Assembly (NCBI RefSeq): GCF_964355755.1
Contig: NC_092672.1
Span: 16,306,001 to 16,370,000 of the forward strand
DNA length: 64,000 nucleotides
Direction of reading: 5' to 3'
Source: Antedon mediterranea
Lineage: Eukaryota; Animalia; Echinodermata
In this document: positions 53,135 through 64,000 of the stretch, piece by piece
Numbering within the stretch: position 1 is the stretch's first letter
Layout of the letters: the number at the start of each line of letters is the position of its first letter
Translations under genes and position numbers: made by a program
The notes under the pieces: model-generated
The model's database searches: none
Told to the model about the DNA's origin: nothing
The model's input: only the letters and a program-made list of their open reading frames with translations

Positions 53135-53950
53135 TCTATATATAAATTTACGTAAGGGCAAAATTCGGTAAATCGCGCCTTACTTTTAGAATTTTTACTC
53201 GATGGTATATAAAGTTGGTTCGTACTTTCGATACTGATTTTAACCACCTATATATACGATTCTACAAATGTATTGATTTGCGATGAATGGAACATCCCAA
53301 TCGCTCAGTCTGCCAGAGTTTAACACAAGTAGGTAAATTTATGAGCCCAGCTTGGTTTAACACATACGGTAGGTAAATATATGGGCCCTTTGAGAATATA
53401 CTTGCAATACTTCGACAATACTGTAAATACCGATTAAATATATTGTTGGTCCTCATTTGAATCGAACATTTCTTACTGTGAATGTTCGTACTGTTAGATG
53501 TAATATAAAATTATATACAAATAAACTTTATTACTGAGATTGTGAATAGGCTCTACTGTTAGATATATAAACACATTATTATATACAAATAAACTTTATA
53601 CTGACATTTCCTTCTCAACGTTTGTATTAATTAATAATTACCAAAAATATAAACGTCGTAGTGGTGTTTCGTGTACTTTAATATTTCAATCGATTATGAC
53701 AGTGACAGTTTTAACAAAGTATTAAATCGCAAATGTTTTACTGTATTTAGATGTACAATTACTAACAACCTGGTTACTGAACTTTGGTCTAGTCTACAAC
53801 CAATATAATATATACAGTACAATATGGTAAAGTGATAATAATATAATAGTATAAATGTATCTCCTAACATTACGCTGAAATTACTGTGTATTCGAGAACC
53901 ATGTGGGTACGACCTAGATGGTACGCGAGCGAAGCGAGCGTACCATCTAG
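53135..53950 (+). mobile_element. Non-autonomous Helitron
   Basis: A|TCTATATATAAATT..CTAGATGGTACGCGAGCGAAGCGAGCGTACCATCTAG|T with no TSD. Interrupts one 370-bp unit. Confidence 0.85.
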
Positions 53951-56900
53951 TTGTTAAAAATTGCAATAAAAAGACATTTTTTGGGTAGCGGGTAACATTT
54001 ATAAGAATAACCCAAGTATCAAACATCTAATTTGTATGTTCTTGGTATCGTTGTGTAGAATTTCAAATAAAAATTATGCAGAATTTAAATAAAATTAAAC
54101 AAAATTCTACACAACGATACCACGATTATACAAATTAGATGTTTGATTCTTGGGTTATTCTTCTTCTTATAAATGTTACCTGCTACCCCAAAAATGTCTT
54201 TTTATTGCAATTAAAAATTGACATTTTTTATACAATGTACTGCAATTTTTTATCTTAACACACATTTTCTTATTCAATATGTTAGTAAGCACAAGTAAAA
54301 GACAATTCAAATAAAAAAATATCGAGAATTGGAGATCTGATTTTGAAATATATCTCATTTTGCCAAAAAATTACATTTTTGCAAAAGGTCAGTGTCCTTT
54401 TGACCTCTACTGACCTTAGTATCGTTCGATTAATTTCATTTAAATTCTACATGATTACAAAAATATATGCTACACATCGATACCAAGATCATACTAATTA
54501 GATGTTTGATCCTTGGGTTATTGGTATTAATGCTACCCCCTACCCCAAAAAATGTCTTTTTATTGCAATTATTCTTCAAACATGACAATGGTATTAATGC
54601 ACTGCAATTTTTTCAAGTTAACACATATTTTGTTATTCAATATGTCAGTAAACACAAGTAAAACACAATTAAAATAAAAAATATTGAAAATTGGAGATTT
54701 GATATTGAAATGTATCTCATTATGGCAAATATTTGCAATTTTGCAAAAGGTCAGTGACCTTTTGACCTCTACTGACCTTAAAAATGGTTCGATTAATTTT
54801 ATTCAAATTTTATATGATTAAAAAACATGAATGCTACACAACGACACCAAGATCATACTAATTAGATGTTTGATTCTTGGGTTATTGCTATTATTGTTAC
54901 CCCCTACCCCAAAAAATGTATTTTTATTGCAATTTTTAACAATAAAAAATAACAATTTGTATATAATGAACTGCAATTTTTATCTTGTTAACATATATTT
55001 TCTAAACCAATATGTCAGTAAGCAGAAGTAAAACACAATTAAGATAAAAAATATTGAAAATTGTAGATACGATATTGAAATTTATCTATATTTTGGGGAA
55101 AATTTGCATTTTGCAAAAGGTCAAAGACCTTTTGACCTCTACTGACCTTAATAATCTTCCGATTAATTTTATTTAAATTTTAAAAGATTTTAAAAGATGT
55201 ATGCTACACAATGTTACTAAGATAATACTAATTAGATGTTGGATTCTTGGGTTATTAGGATAAATGTTACCCCCTACCCCAAAAAATATTTGAAGATAAA
55301 ACAATGATGATCATTACAAATGACGCAAGTACATACAATGCATTCCTATATGTCAGTAAGCACAAGTAAAACACAATTAAGATAAAAAATATTGAAAATT
55401 GTAGATACGATATTGAAATTTATCTATATTTTGGGAAAAATTTGCATTTTGCAAAAGGTGAATGACCTTTTGACCTCTACTTACCTTAATAATCTTCCGA
55501 TTAATTTTATTTAAATTTTAAAAGATTTTAAAAGATGTATGCTACACAATGTTACTAAGATAATACTAATTAGATGTTGGATTCTTGGGTTATAAGGATA
55601 AATGTTACCCCCTACCCCAAAAAATATTTGAAGATAAAACAATGATGATCATTACAAATGACGCAAGTACATACAATGCATCCCTGTTGTTTAGAGTGCT
55701 TACTGGATTGTTGAAAGTTGAAGTTGATTGAAATTAAAGCTTTGTTTTTGAGTTATTTTACAACTTTGTGGATTTGTATTTATATTTTTATGTCACCGCT
55801 CGGAAACATTTCGTGACACCTTAATAGAACGAAATCGCCGACCTCTGCGCATCAACTGGAACATACTAGAGGCCAGATGAAATTGATCATCTTTGATAGC
55901 CACTGGTCGGATTCGTGTCTGTTGACGATTTCAAAACTACTAAAAGTGTTTGTTAATAATATTTCATCTGCAATAATGTAATCTTCCGTACTTTTCCCTT
56001 GCTTTGTTAGGTAAGTAAAAAAACCTATGTCCTGATCTATATCGCCGGCCAGTATTAACAGTGAAAAGTCTAAGGACTAGTCTTAAGCCCCTTTCTCACA
56101 GATGTGTCTGCAATATACCGGTACAGTGCTGGCGTCGTGCCGGTATCGTTACCGGCATATACCCATTCTCCTCGGACTATCGTGCCGGAAATATAACCGG
56201 TATATACCGGCTTTCTGTGAGAAAGGAGTCGGGCATATTCGGCCAATAAAAAGTCTCTTACAAAATAATTATTGAGGGCGTCCTTTATTGTTATTATTTT
56301 TGTCTAGGGATATATGGCGGCGAATGTTAGGTTACAGATTATTATCTTCCTTTATAGCATATTTATGCAATACATGCTATGTACAGTATATTGTGCATAT
56401 ATTATACAGGTACAGCAATGAATTAGCCGTCATCGGCAATCTGTAAAACACCTTAGAAGGCTGTACAATTTACAAGGTGACGAAGGGTCAGGCTAGTTAG
56501 GCACCAACAAAGAGCTATATGGCCTAGGCCTGCTATAGATTATGCTACAAATTTCTTCTTGTCCCCTTATTTTAAGCAGCTCTCTTATCTCATTATCCCT
56601 CCAGTTCGACATTATTATTGTTAATTGAATTGAATCGGCGCCAAAGTGATACACTTGACCGCGCAAGGTGTCTGAAGCCTCGACAGGGAACCCCGGAATA
56701 TAACGGCGTTACGTTCTCACAGAATGCCCGTCTGGCATTGCGGGGAATATCCCTAGAATATTACTAGGTCTAAAGCAGGTCATGTCGATGCCGGTGTAAG
56801 ATTGAATTGTGTCCAGCATTCAAAAGTGTCCGGGTGGACACTTTTCAGCATTGGATAGTGTCCAGTTGCATGTTTCAACGGGTTCGTGGGCGTTTTTCAA

Positions 56901-57895
56901 CAATTTAATGCTGTCCGGCCCGCGATTTTTTTTTCGTACATAAGTTGGGGACCCCCTCATGAAACGTCACAAAATAAACATGAATAATTCATCAGTTAAA
57001 TGTTCTTGTTCCGTGTGCACCCAAGCGTATAGCAACAAGAAGTGATTACACAAGTGCGGTACGATTCTAGGCCTATCTCCGTGCGATTTCATAGAAGAAT
57101 AGAGGCGTTTTGTGTGGATTGTCGAAATAATCAGCCTTTAGTTTATGATGGTGTTTTTAATATAATTTATTACTAAAGAATTACGTGTTAAAATTATAGT
57201 TTCTATTAATACTATTAGGCCTAGGCCTAATTATTAGTCTCTAAACATTATGTCTATTCTAGTAGTAGAGCGTGTGTGTGTGTGTGTTATAGGTATGACA
57301 CAATCCGAGTAATAAGTCAGCAAAATTAAACAATAAACATTACACAAAAATACATTTTTTATTCTCGTGGGTCTAATCTTCCCATCTCATGTGTTCATAT
57401 ACGCGCATTTTTAAAGTTCCTTTGAGTACATGCATTGTTTGGGGTGTGTAGAAAGCGACGACCTCGAATTGGACGACCCTAACGACCCGGGCGACCTCGA
57501 ATTGAACGACCTCGAATTGAACGACCCATAACACGAAACCGACGACCCCTATAGCCTAGCCTAGCCTAGGCCTAAGTGTGGTATAACATCCCAAAGCCGA
57601 ACATAGCCAAAGATCTTTAAACTATACCTTATTTTATAATACTCGCAAGCAAGCAATTGATTGAAAAAATACAGAAATATCGCCATTTGATACTGATTGT
57701 GTCGACACGAACAAACGAAAAGATATGGAACGCCAAGAGTGCATCATTAAAACTGCATTCGACATTTTAAAAATAAATTAAAAAGAAATAAATATTATAC
57801 AATACATGGTTAAACCATGGACGTATAATTACATCTCCTCGTCTTCTTATAACGAACACTATAGGCCTACCAAGCAGAGTAACATGTGCATGGGG

Positions 57896-58693
57896 GGATA
57901 TGACCGGTTGGGCCGCCGACAAGTTGAGCCGCCGGTAATTTCTATGAAACGGCCAGTGCGTCTTTTACGACATTTCGCGTAGTGATAGAGTGGTGTCCTA
58001 GTAGGCCCTACATAAGTTCATGGTCTTTAAGTTTATTGTGTCATGAAAATAAATAATAATTACATACTACAATTTTGTTGGTTTGAAACAGCAAAGGAAA
58101 GTAGTCATATTTAATAATTTAATTGTTTTTAATCTTTCAAGGTAAAAATGCAGTGCACTCCATAATATTTTTCTCGCGTGTATGCCTACCACGTAAAATC
58201 ACGTTGTCTCTCAGGACTAATACTAGAGTATTGATATTCTTCGAATGAGGTTAAATAATTATTATTTTTTATTTACTATCTTTTAATATCATATGTTATT
58301 GAATTTTACAATGTTAATACACAAAATATTTTACTAAAAAACGGTGATTTTATGCAATTATTTTACTTCAACTGCCGCCTGAGGGGGCAACATGTTTACG
58401 TCATTTTTGGCTAAAAACGATCATTTTCGGTCATGTTTTAGGCCTTATATTTTGGAATCTACAAGTCAGATATTCATAATTATTTCTCTTTAATTATAAT
58501 ATTTAATAATATATACTAAAAACCGTGATATATAAACTTTGGAATATACATCGTTATATGTAATAATTAATATAAATAGAACTTCTATTAAATAGAAACG
58601 AGCACCGGCGAAAGTAAGCATTTGGCGTTTCATAGAAAATAACGTTTTTCTGGCGGCGCCTCAACTTGTCGGCGGCTCAACTTGGCCTAATCC
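57896..58693. mobile_element. Mutator-like MITE, 9-bp TSD
   Basis: TGCATGGGG at 57887-57895 and 58694-58702. Imperfect GGAT..GCCGCCGACAAGTTGAG TIRs. The empty site is at about 8915. Confidence 0.8.
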
Positions 58694-58786
58694 TGCATGG
58701 GGAGGGCCATAAGAAAGCTTTACATTTCACACATGCATTGTATACGGTCAAACCATGGAGGTATAAAAATATTTTTATACCTCCAT

Positions 58787-61700
58787 TAGGCTATGGGGCA
58801 TGAGCCAAAAAGAGGCCTAGAAAACGAATTTCGTGATCTCCTAACGGGGGGGAGGAAGATATTCACACAGTTTATAGTTAATAATTAGATTAACACAAAT
58901 TCAGCCGGTCCCGCTTTCAAAAGTTACGCAATAAGTGTAATTTTAGGTGTAAAAAAATCGAATTTCTCAACATAAAGAAATACATAGAAATAGCGCCCTC
59001 TATTTTGTATATTTTCTGTTAGTGTTAGTACTGGATAAAATACAATCGTTCCATTGGAATAACTTATACTGTATCTTTCTTTCACATTTAACATGCAATA
59101 TTTTTATCATAATTTTGAGATTAATATTGTAGTCCTTGTAAGAAATGTATCTGTTAGTAAACCTTAATTAATATTTATTTAAGCACACTGAAAAGAAGAT
59201 GCATTTTCAATCTTTATAATTCATGACTATGCTGTCACAAAATATTTATTAATATTATCTCTCCTATATAATTGCAACTTTTTGTTTTCATTGGATGCAT
59301 AACATAGAATTATAATCAATTAGTAATAAATCAAATGTTGCATTATTGTTTTCATTGTAGATGTATAACATAGAATTATAATCAATTAGTAACAAATAAA
59401 TGAAATTACTGTATTACAGCAAAGTTTCTTATAATACTCCTGTTTCTTAATATTGCTTATCATCTCATGGGTTCTTTATTTTATACTTTCTCATGGTTCA
59501 TCCGTTACGTTACAAAATAGTTAAGTTACAAAATAGTTTAATATAAATTTACATTTTATAGGCATATTAATGTATTGTAAGCATCAAAGTAGAAAGTTTC
59601 TTATAATACTCCTGTGTCTTAATATTGCTTATCACCTCATGGGTTCTTTATTTATACTTTCTCATGGTTCATCCTTTACGTTACAAAATAGTTAAGTTAC
59701 AAAATAGTTTAATATAAATTTACATATTATAGGCCTATTACATTAAAATCATGTAGACCAAGTAAAATGAACATTTGTAAACCATAAATTACACTTAAAC
59801 TACACTAAAAAGTTCTTCCTGCTCAAACTCTTCTTCATCATCGCTATCATCTCCATCAATTTCAAACATCTGATGTATGAAGAAGATTGTTACAGTTTTT
59901 GCACGAGCATAATTCTGTACAAGAGAATCCTAAGGATACACAGCATTTTTCATTTGCAACCCCTTCATTGCATTTTGACTTTTTACATGACCAGGATGAC
60001 AATTCGAGAATGCTGTGTAGAGCAGGTTGCTTCTCCATCCAGTCAATTACGAGTTTATTATCGGCCATCTTCCACCCATTTCCAACAGGAGATGGAGCAT
60101 TTTGTTGTTGAATAAAACTAGCTTTGTGAATTGAAGCTTGAGAATTGGCATGCTGAATATGTTTACATACAGTATCTTTATTGGGTGGCATCATATTTTC
60201 AGCTCATTGAGAACATTGCATACCTTACTTCATTGACAGATTGGTTCTTGTGACAATACTGTACAGCCTACATACAAATGTTTCTAGATCACAAAGTAAT
60301 TCATCTGAAAGTTTGCTGGTAGAATTGCCCAATGAAAAGAATGCATAAATTAGAGTTTTCCATTACGAGTTTCATTGCCTTCACTTTACCGTTCCCAAAA
60401 AAAGCTTTGACTGAATCGCATCCTGTGAAGCAATGTAGTCTAATTAATGCATTTGAAACATCATTTGCAATATGTTCCTGAATAGCCTGCAGATGAATTG
60501 TTCGGAGATTAGCATCTTTTCCAGTATTGAAATATAGGTGAGAGCCATGCAGACTTTTGCAAAATGCCAATCCAATAATAAAAACATCATCAGTGTCAGG
60601 GCTGATTGTAACAATATCTTTACCACCATGGTGTGCAGCATACTTCGCATACAGAAACATTCTGGTGTCTGCCTCTTCTTGATTAAAACTTTTCCATTTG
60701 ATTCTGAAATAGAATGGCATAATAATGATGATGTTATGAATACATTTATTCCCTTGAGGTGATCTGCTTCACACATGCTTCATATTTGAAAGAAGAACTT
60801 GATTAGCAGATAAAAATGTTTTCAACTGTTCTGGAATTTGCTGTTCGGCTTTTGGTATTTTAATTGTTTGTGAGCCGATGGCTACTCTTCGACTTCGTTC
60901 AGCATTTTTTATGCAGTTTGTGTAATTGCTACATGTGATCGCAGAACTCTCCTTCGTTTAGTAACTCTTCTGTTGACTCTAATCCTTGAAATTCTTCTGT
61001 AAAAAAAAAGAATACTAATAATATTTATGATTCTAAATGTTTGTGTAATAAATATAATAATATAATCAGTTCAGTATCATCTATACACTATTTAATATTG
61101 CAGTACAAGAATTCAAATAATATGTCTCAAATAACAACACAAAGCATCAGGTTGGTCCATTCTGTCCTTGCCTGAGGCTACTTGCCAAGGTTTGCATGCA
61201 TTACCACATTGAATAATAAAATGCAAATGTTTTTTCCCAAGATGGAGGTACCATCAAACTAGGTCCACTACACAATAATACTGGGGGCCACCCTAGCTAG
61301 GCCTAATTCATATTGTAATTATGGGTTCATTTTTTGTTGGCCCAGATATTTAAAAAAAATTATATACTAGGCCTAGCCTACTCTACGTAGGCTTAATACA
61401 TATTAAAAAAATAAACTTTGTAGACTACCCACCGCCAACCTACCTAGCTAGGCTTTTTTTAGCAAGGCAGTATGATATGAACTAATTACTAGGCCTAGTA
61501 GGTCTACTTAGTTAGTAGGGGCCTAGCCTAGGCTAGACCTATCATTAAAACAAATAGAATTTACCTTCTTCATTGTTGGATGAATTAACATCCTCTATTT
61601 CATATTTTACTGCTCGCCTTTGTTTGCTACAATCAGTGAAATATTGATAGCATCTTTTTATGACATCCAGCGTCGCCAGGAATTGGTAACAAGTATTGGT

Positions 61701-62244
61701 AAGCTCCTCTGCGGCTACAAAACTCCTTTTGATTGCCGCTTAGATTGCACCAACTTTTTGTACACATTAAAAAAGTTTTCCATTTGGTTTCTGTGAATGT
61801 TAAGGCGCTAATGTGGCGCTAATTAATATTGTCCCAGAATTAGATGTATTGTGTCAATAACAACGTTTTTGATCATCAGAAGATGACATCTTCCTGCTCC
61901 GCGCTCCAGAAGAACAACACATGTTTGTTTACGATCGTCTAGTAGCCGTATCCCGCTGTGTAAGGGAATCTGATTGGACAGTTACTGTTGCACAGCTCCA
62001 TGAGTTAAAAGTCAAATTTTTTGATTGGTCAATTGTGCGACCTGTACTGACCTACAAAAATCTTCTATATCGCAATAAAATACATATAAAAACAAACATA
62101 TTTCGTTGACGCGTAAAATTTACAAGCGGGACCGGCCAGTTTAAGGTTATCTATATTTTTGTTATAATTGTCATAGCAATTTTATTCTCCCCCCCGATAG
62201 GGGATCACGAAATGAAACGATAGAAGGCCATGCCCCATAGCCTA
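58787..62244 (-). mobile_element. Academ (XPG-type) transposon, internally deleted, 3-bp TSD
   Basis: CAT-TAGGCTATGGGGCATG..CATGCCCCATAGCCTA-CAT. Minus-strand relics QEEADTRMF, SPDTD, LHCFTGCDSV, MPPNKD..HI..A..Q, SPVGNGW and a terminal Cys cluster (59862-60720). Confidence 0.85.
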
Positions 62245-63229
62245 CATGGTCAAACCATGGAGCTGGTCAAACCATGGAGTACCTGGTCAAACCTTACCTG
62301 CCGCTGAAAAAGGGGCCTGGTTTGCCATGTTTATGATATTTCGTGTGCTAATCGAGTCGAATGCAGTTTTAATGATGCACTCTTGGCGTTCCATATCTGT
62401 TCGTTTGTTCGTGTCGAATTTGATACATTCAGTATCAAATGGCGATATTTCTGTATTTTTTCAATCAATTGCTTGCTTTGCGAGTATTATATAAGGTATG
62501 GTTTAAAGATCTTTGGTTATGTTCGGCTTCGGGATGTTATACCATACTTAGGCCTAGGCTAGGCTAGGCTATTATAGGGGTCGTCGGTTTCGTGTTATGG
62601 GTCGTCCAATTCTAGGTCGTTCAATTCGAGGTCGCCCGGGTCGTTGGGGTCGTCCAATTCGAGGTCGTCGCTTTCTACACACCCGCATTGTTTGATAATA
62701 AAATAGCAGAATTTAAAAAATACAGTACACAAATTATACACATTCTTTATTCTTGTGGGTCTAAGCTTTCTTTGGGCTATGTCCAATGAATTACTACTTA
62801 GTTTAATGTCTTGCCTAGCTGTCGATTAGCCTCGACTCGACACATTTTGTGTGAAGAAGAGTGCGCGAAGGCAATCGCGTGAATTGACTTAGAATCCTAG
62901 GCCTAGAAAGTATCGTATCGCAGTTGTGTAATCGCTTCTTGTTGCTATACGCTTGGGTGCACACGGAACAACAAATTTAACTGATGAATTATTCATGTTT
63001 ATTTTGTGACGTTTCATGAGGGGGTCCCCAACTTATGTACGAAAAAAAAAATCGCGTCCGGCCCGTTTAATAATGTCTGACCCATGGATTGAAATGCGTC
63101 CACTATTAAATACTGTATCATACGTTTTATGATAGGTGGTTGTTTTTATCACGCCTGCACTTGTCTTGTCTTCTTTTAATAACCAATAATAGGCCTACTT
63201 AATGATGCCAAACTATTTTTTTTTTCTAA

Positions 63230-64000
63230 TTAAAGATCGCTTTGCCTAAACACCTCCAATTAGGGACCATTATATTATTTGGTATGTGAAAAGACAAGAA
63301 GAATAAATAATTGTTAAGTATGTGACAAAAACAATTGTAAATGAAGTGGTCCTCTTCCAATTAAAAATCACTTTACCTAAAACACCTCCAATTAGCGACC
63401 ATTATATTATTTAGTATTAATAAAGCAAGAAGAATAATTATAATAGTTATTAATTATGTGACAAAAAACAAGTAATTGTACTGGTCCTCTTTCAATAAAG
63501 GACCACTTTACTTAAAACACCTCCAATTAGCGACCATTTTATTAATTGGTATGAGTAAAGACAATAATAATTAATAGTTTTAATTATGTGACAAAATTAA
63601 GTAACTGTACTGACTGGTCCGCTTCCAATTAAAGATCACTTTACTTTAAGACACCTCTAATTAGTGACCATTTTAATTAATTGGTATGAGTAAAGGCAAG
63701 AATAATTAATAGTTTAATTATGTGACAAAATTAAGTAAATGTACTGGTCCGCTTCCAATTAAAGGTCACTTTACTTTAAGACACCTCTAATTAGCGACCA
63801 TTTTATTAATTGGTAGGAGTACTTAGGTACAAGAAGAATACATAGTTTTAATTATGATAGTGACAAAATTAAGTAACTGTACTAGTCCTCTTCCAGTTAT
63901 AGATCACTTTACTTAAAGAAACCTCCAATTAGCGACCATTATATTATTTAGTATGAATAAAGACAAAAAGAATACATAGTTTTAATTTTGTGACAAAAAC
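63230..64000 (-). repeat. 132-bp-family satellite, inverted, in Ginger copy 2
   Basis: CACCTCCAATTAGCGACCATTATATTATTT and GGTCCTCTTCCAATTAAA are reverse complements of the 23490-25990 unit. Confidence 0.9.

Larger units (their letters stand above)
51776..55686. repeat. About 370-bp tandem array that reverses orientation near 54085 (fold-back)
   Basis: GGGGTAGGGGGTA at 51843, 52211 and 52583, and its complement at about 54536, 54899, 55270 and 55607. Outer ends are AGGGATGCATTGTATG and CATACAATGCATCCCT. Confidence 0.85.
57442..62684. mobile_element. Mutator-like TIR element with 10-bp TSD, copy 2
   Basis: GCATTGTTTG at 57432-57441 and 62685-62694. GGGTGTGTAGAAAGCG TIRs as in 2106-9364. Confidence 0.85.
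56922..63055. mobile_element. Mutator-like TIR element, 9-bp TSD
   Basis: GTCCGGCCC at 56913-56921 and 63056-63064. TIR GCGATTTTTTTTTCGTACATAAGTTGGGGACCCC. The empty site is at about 26130 in Ginger copy 1. Confidence 0.85.
56795..64000 (-). mobile_element. Second Ginger1 copy, 3' end, inverted, running off the window
   Basis: CCGG|TGTAAGATTGAA matches the reverse complement of 26256 backwards. It resumes at 63065 and continues into the 132-bp-family satellite from about 63230. Confidence 0.85.

Noticed and set aside
52091-55031. Repeated small hydrophobic ORFs (MLHNDTKIILIRC..) as a peptide family
   Set aside because: They are incidental frames in an AT-rich 370-bp repeat and are not open in all units.
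59862-60720. Host XPG/FEN1 nuclease or tesmin-like gene
   Set aside because: The relics are fragmented and enclosed by TAG..CTA TIRs with a 3-bp TSD, which fits Academ.

Overview
AT-rich eukaryotic (metazoan, probably marine invertebrate) DNA made almost entirely of nested, mostly decayed transposable elements. I find no intact host gene, rRNA or CRISPR. The backbone from 10.4 to 28.6 kb is an L2/CR1-group LINE. It is split in frame by a 13-kb Ginger1-type DNA transposon (13230-26256; TGT..ACA ends, CCGT target duplication). That transposon carries a three-exon Gypsy-like integrase fused to an OTU protease domain, plus a 132-bp satellite. A second, inverted Ginger1 end starts at 56795 and holds a deep nest of TIR elements, each with an exact target duplication, down to an Academ remnant. 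Also present: Tx1/L1, Rex-Babar and RTE-X-like LINE relics, a Penelope-like fragment with hammerhead-like motifs, Helitron and Helentron derivatives, MITEs of several superfamilies, tRNA-derived SINEs, a solo LTR, and large fold-back structures. The most unusual signals are the Ginger1-OTU-satellite element, a stack of P-type excision footprints at one 7-bp site, and an Academ fold-back built from two 3' ends. All calls are by eye, and superfamily names rest on motif and terminus conventions, not database searches.
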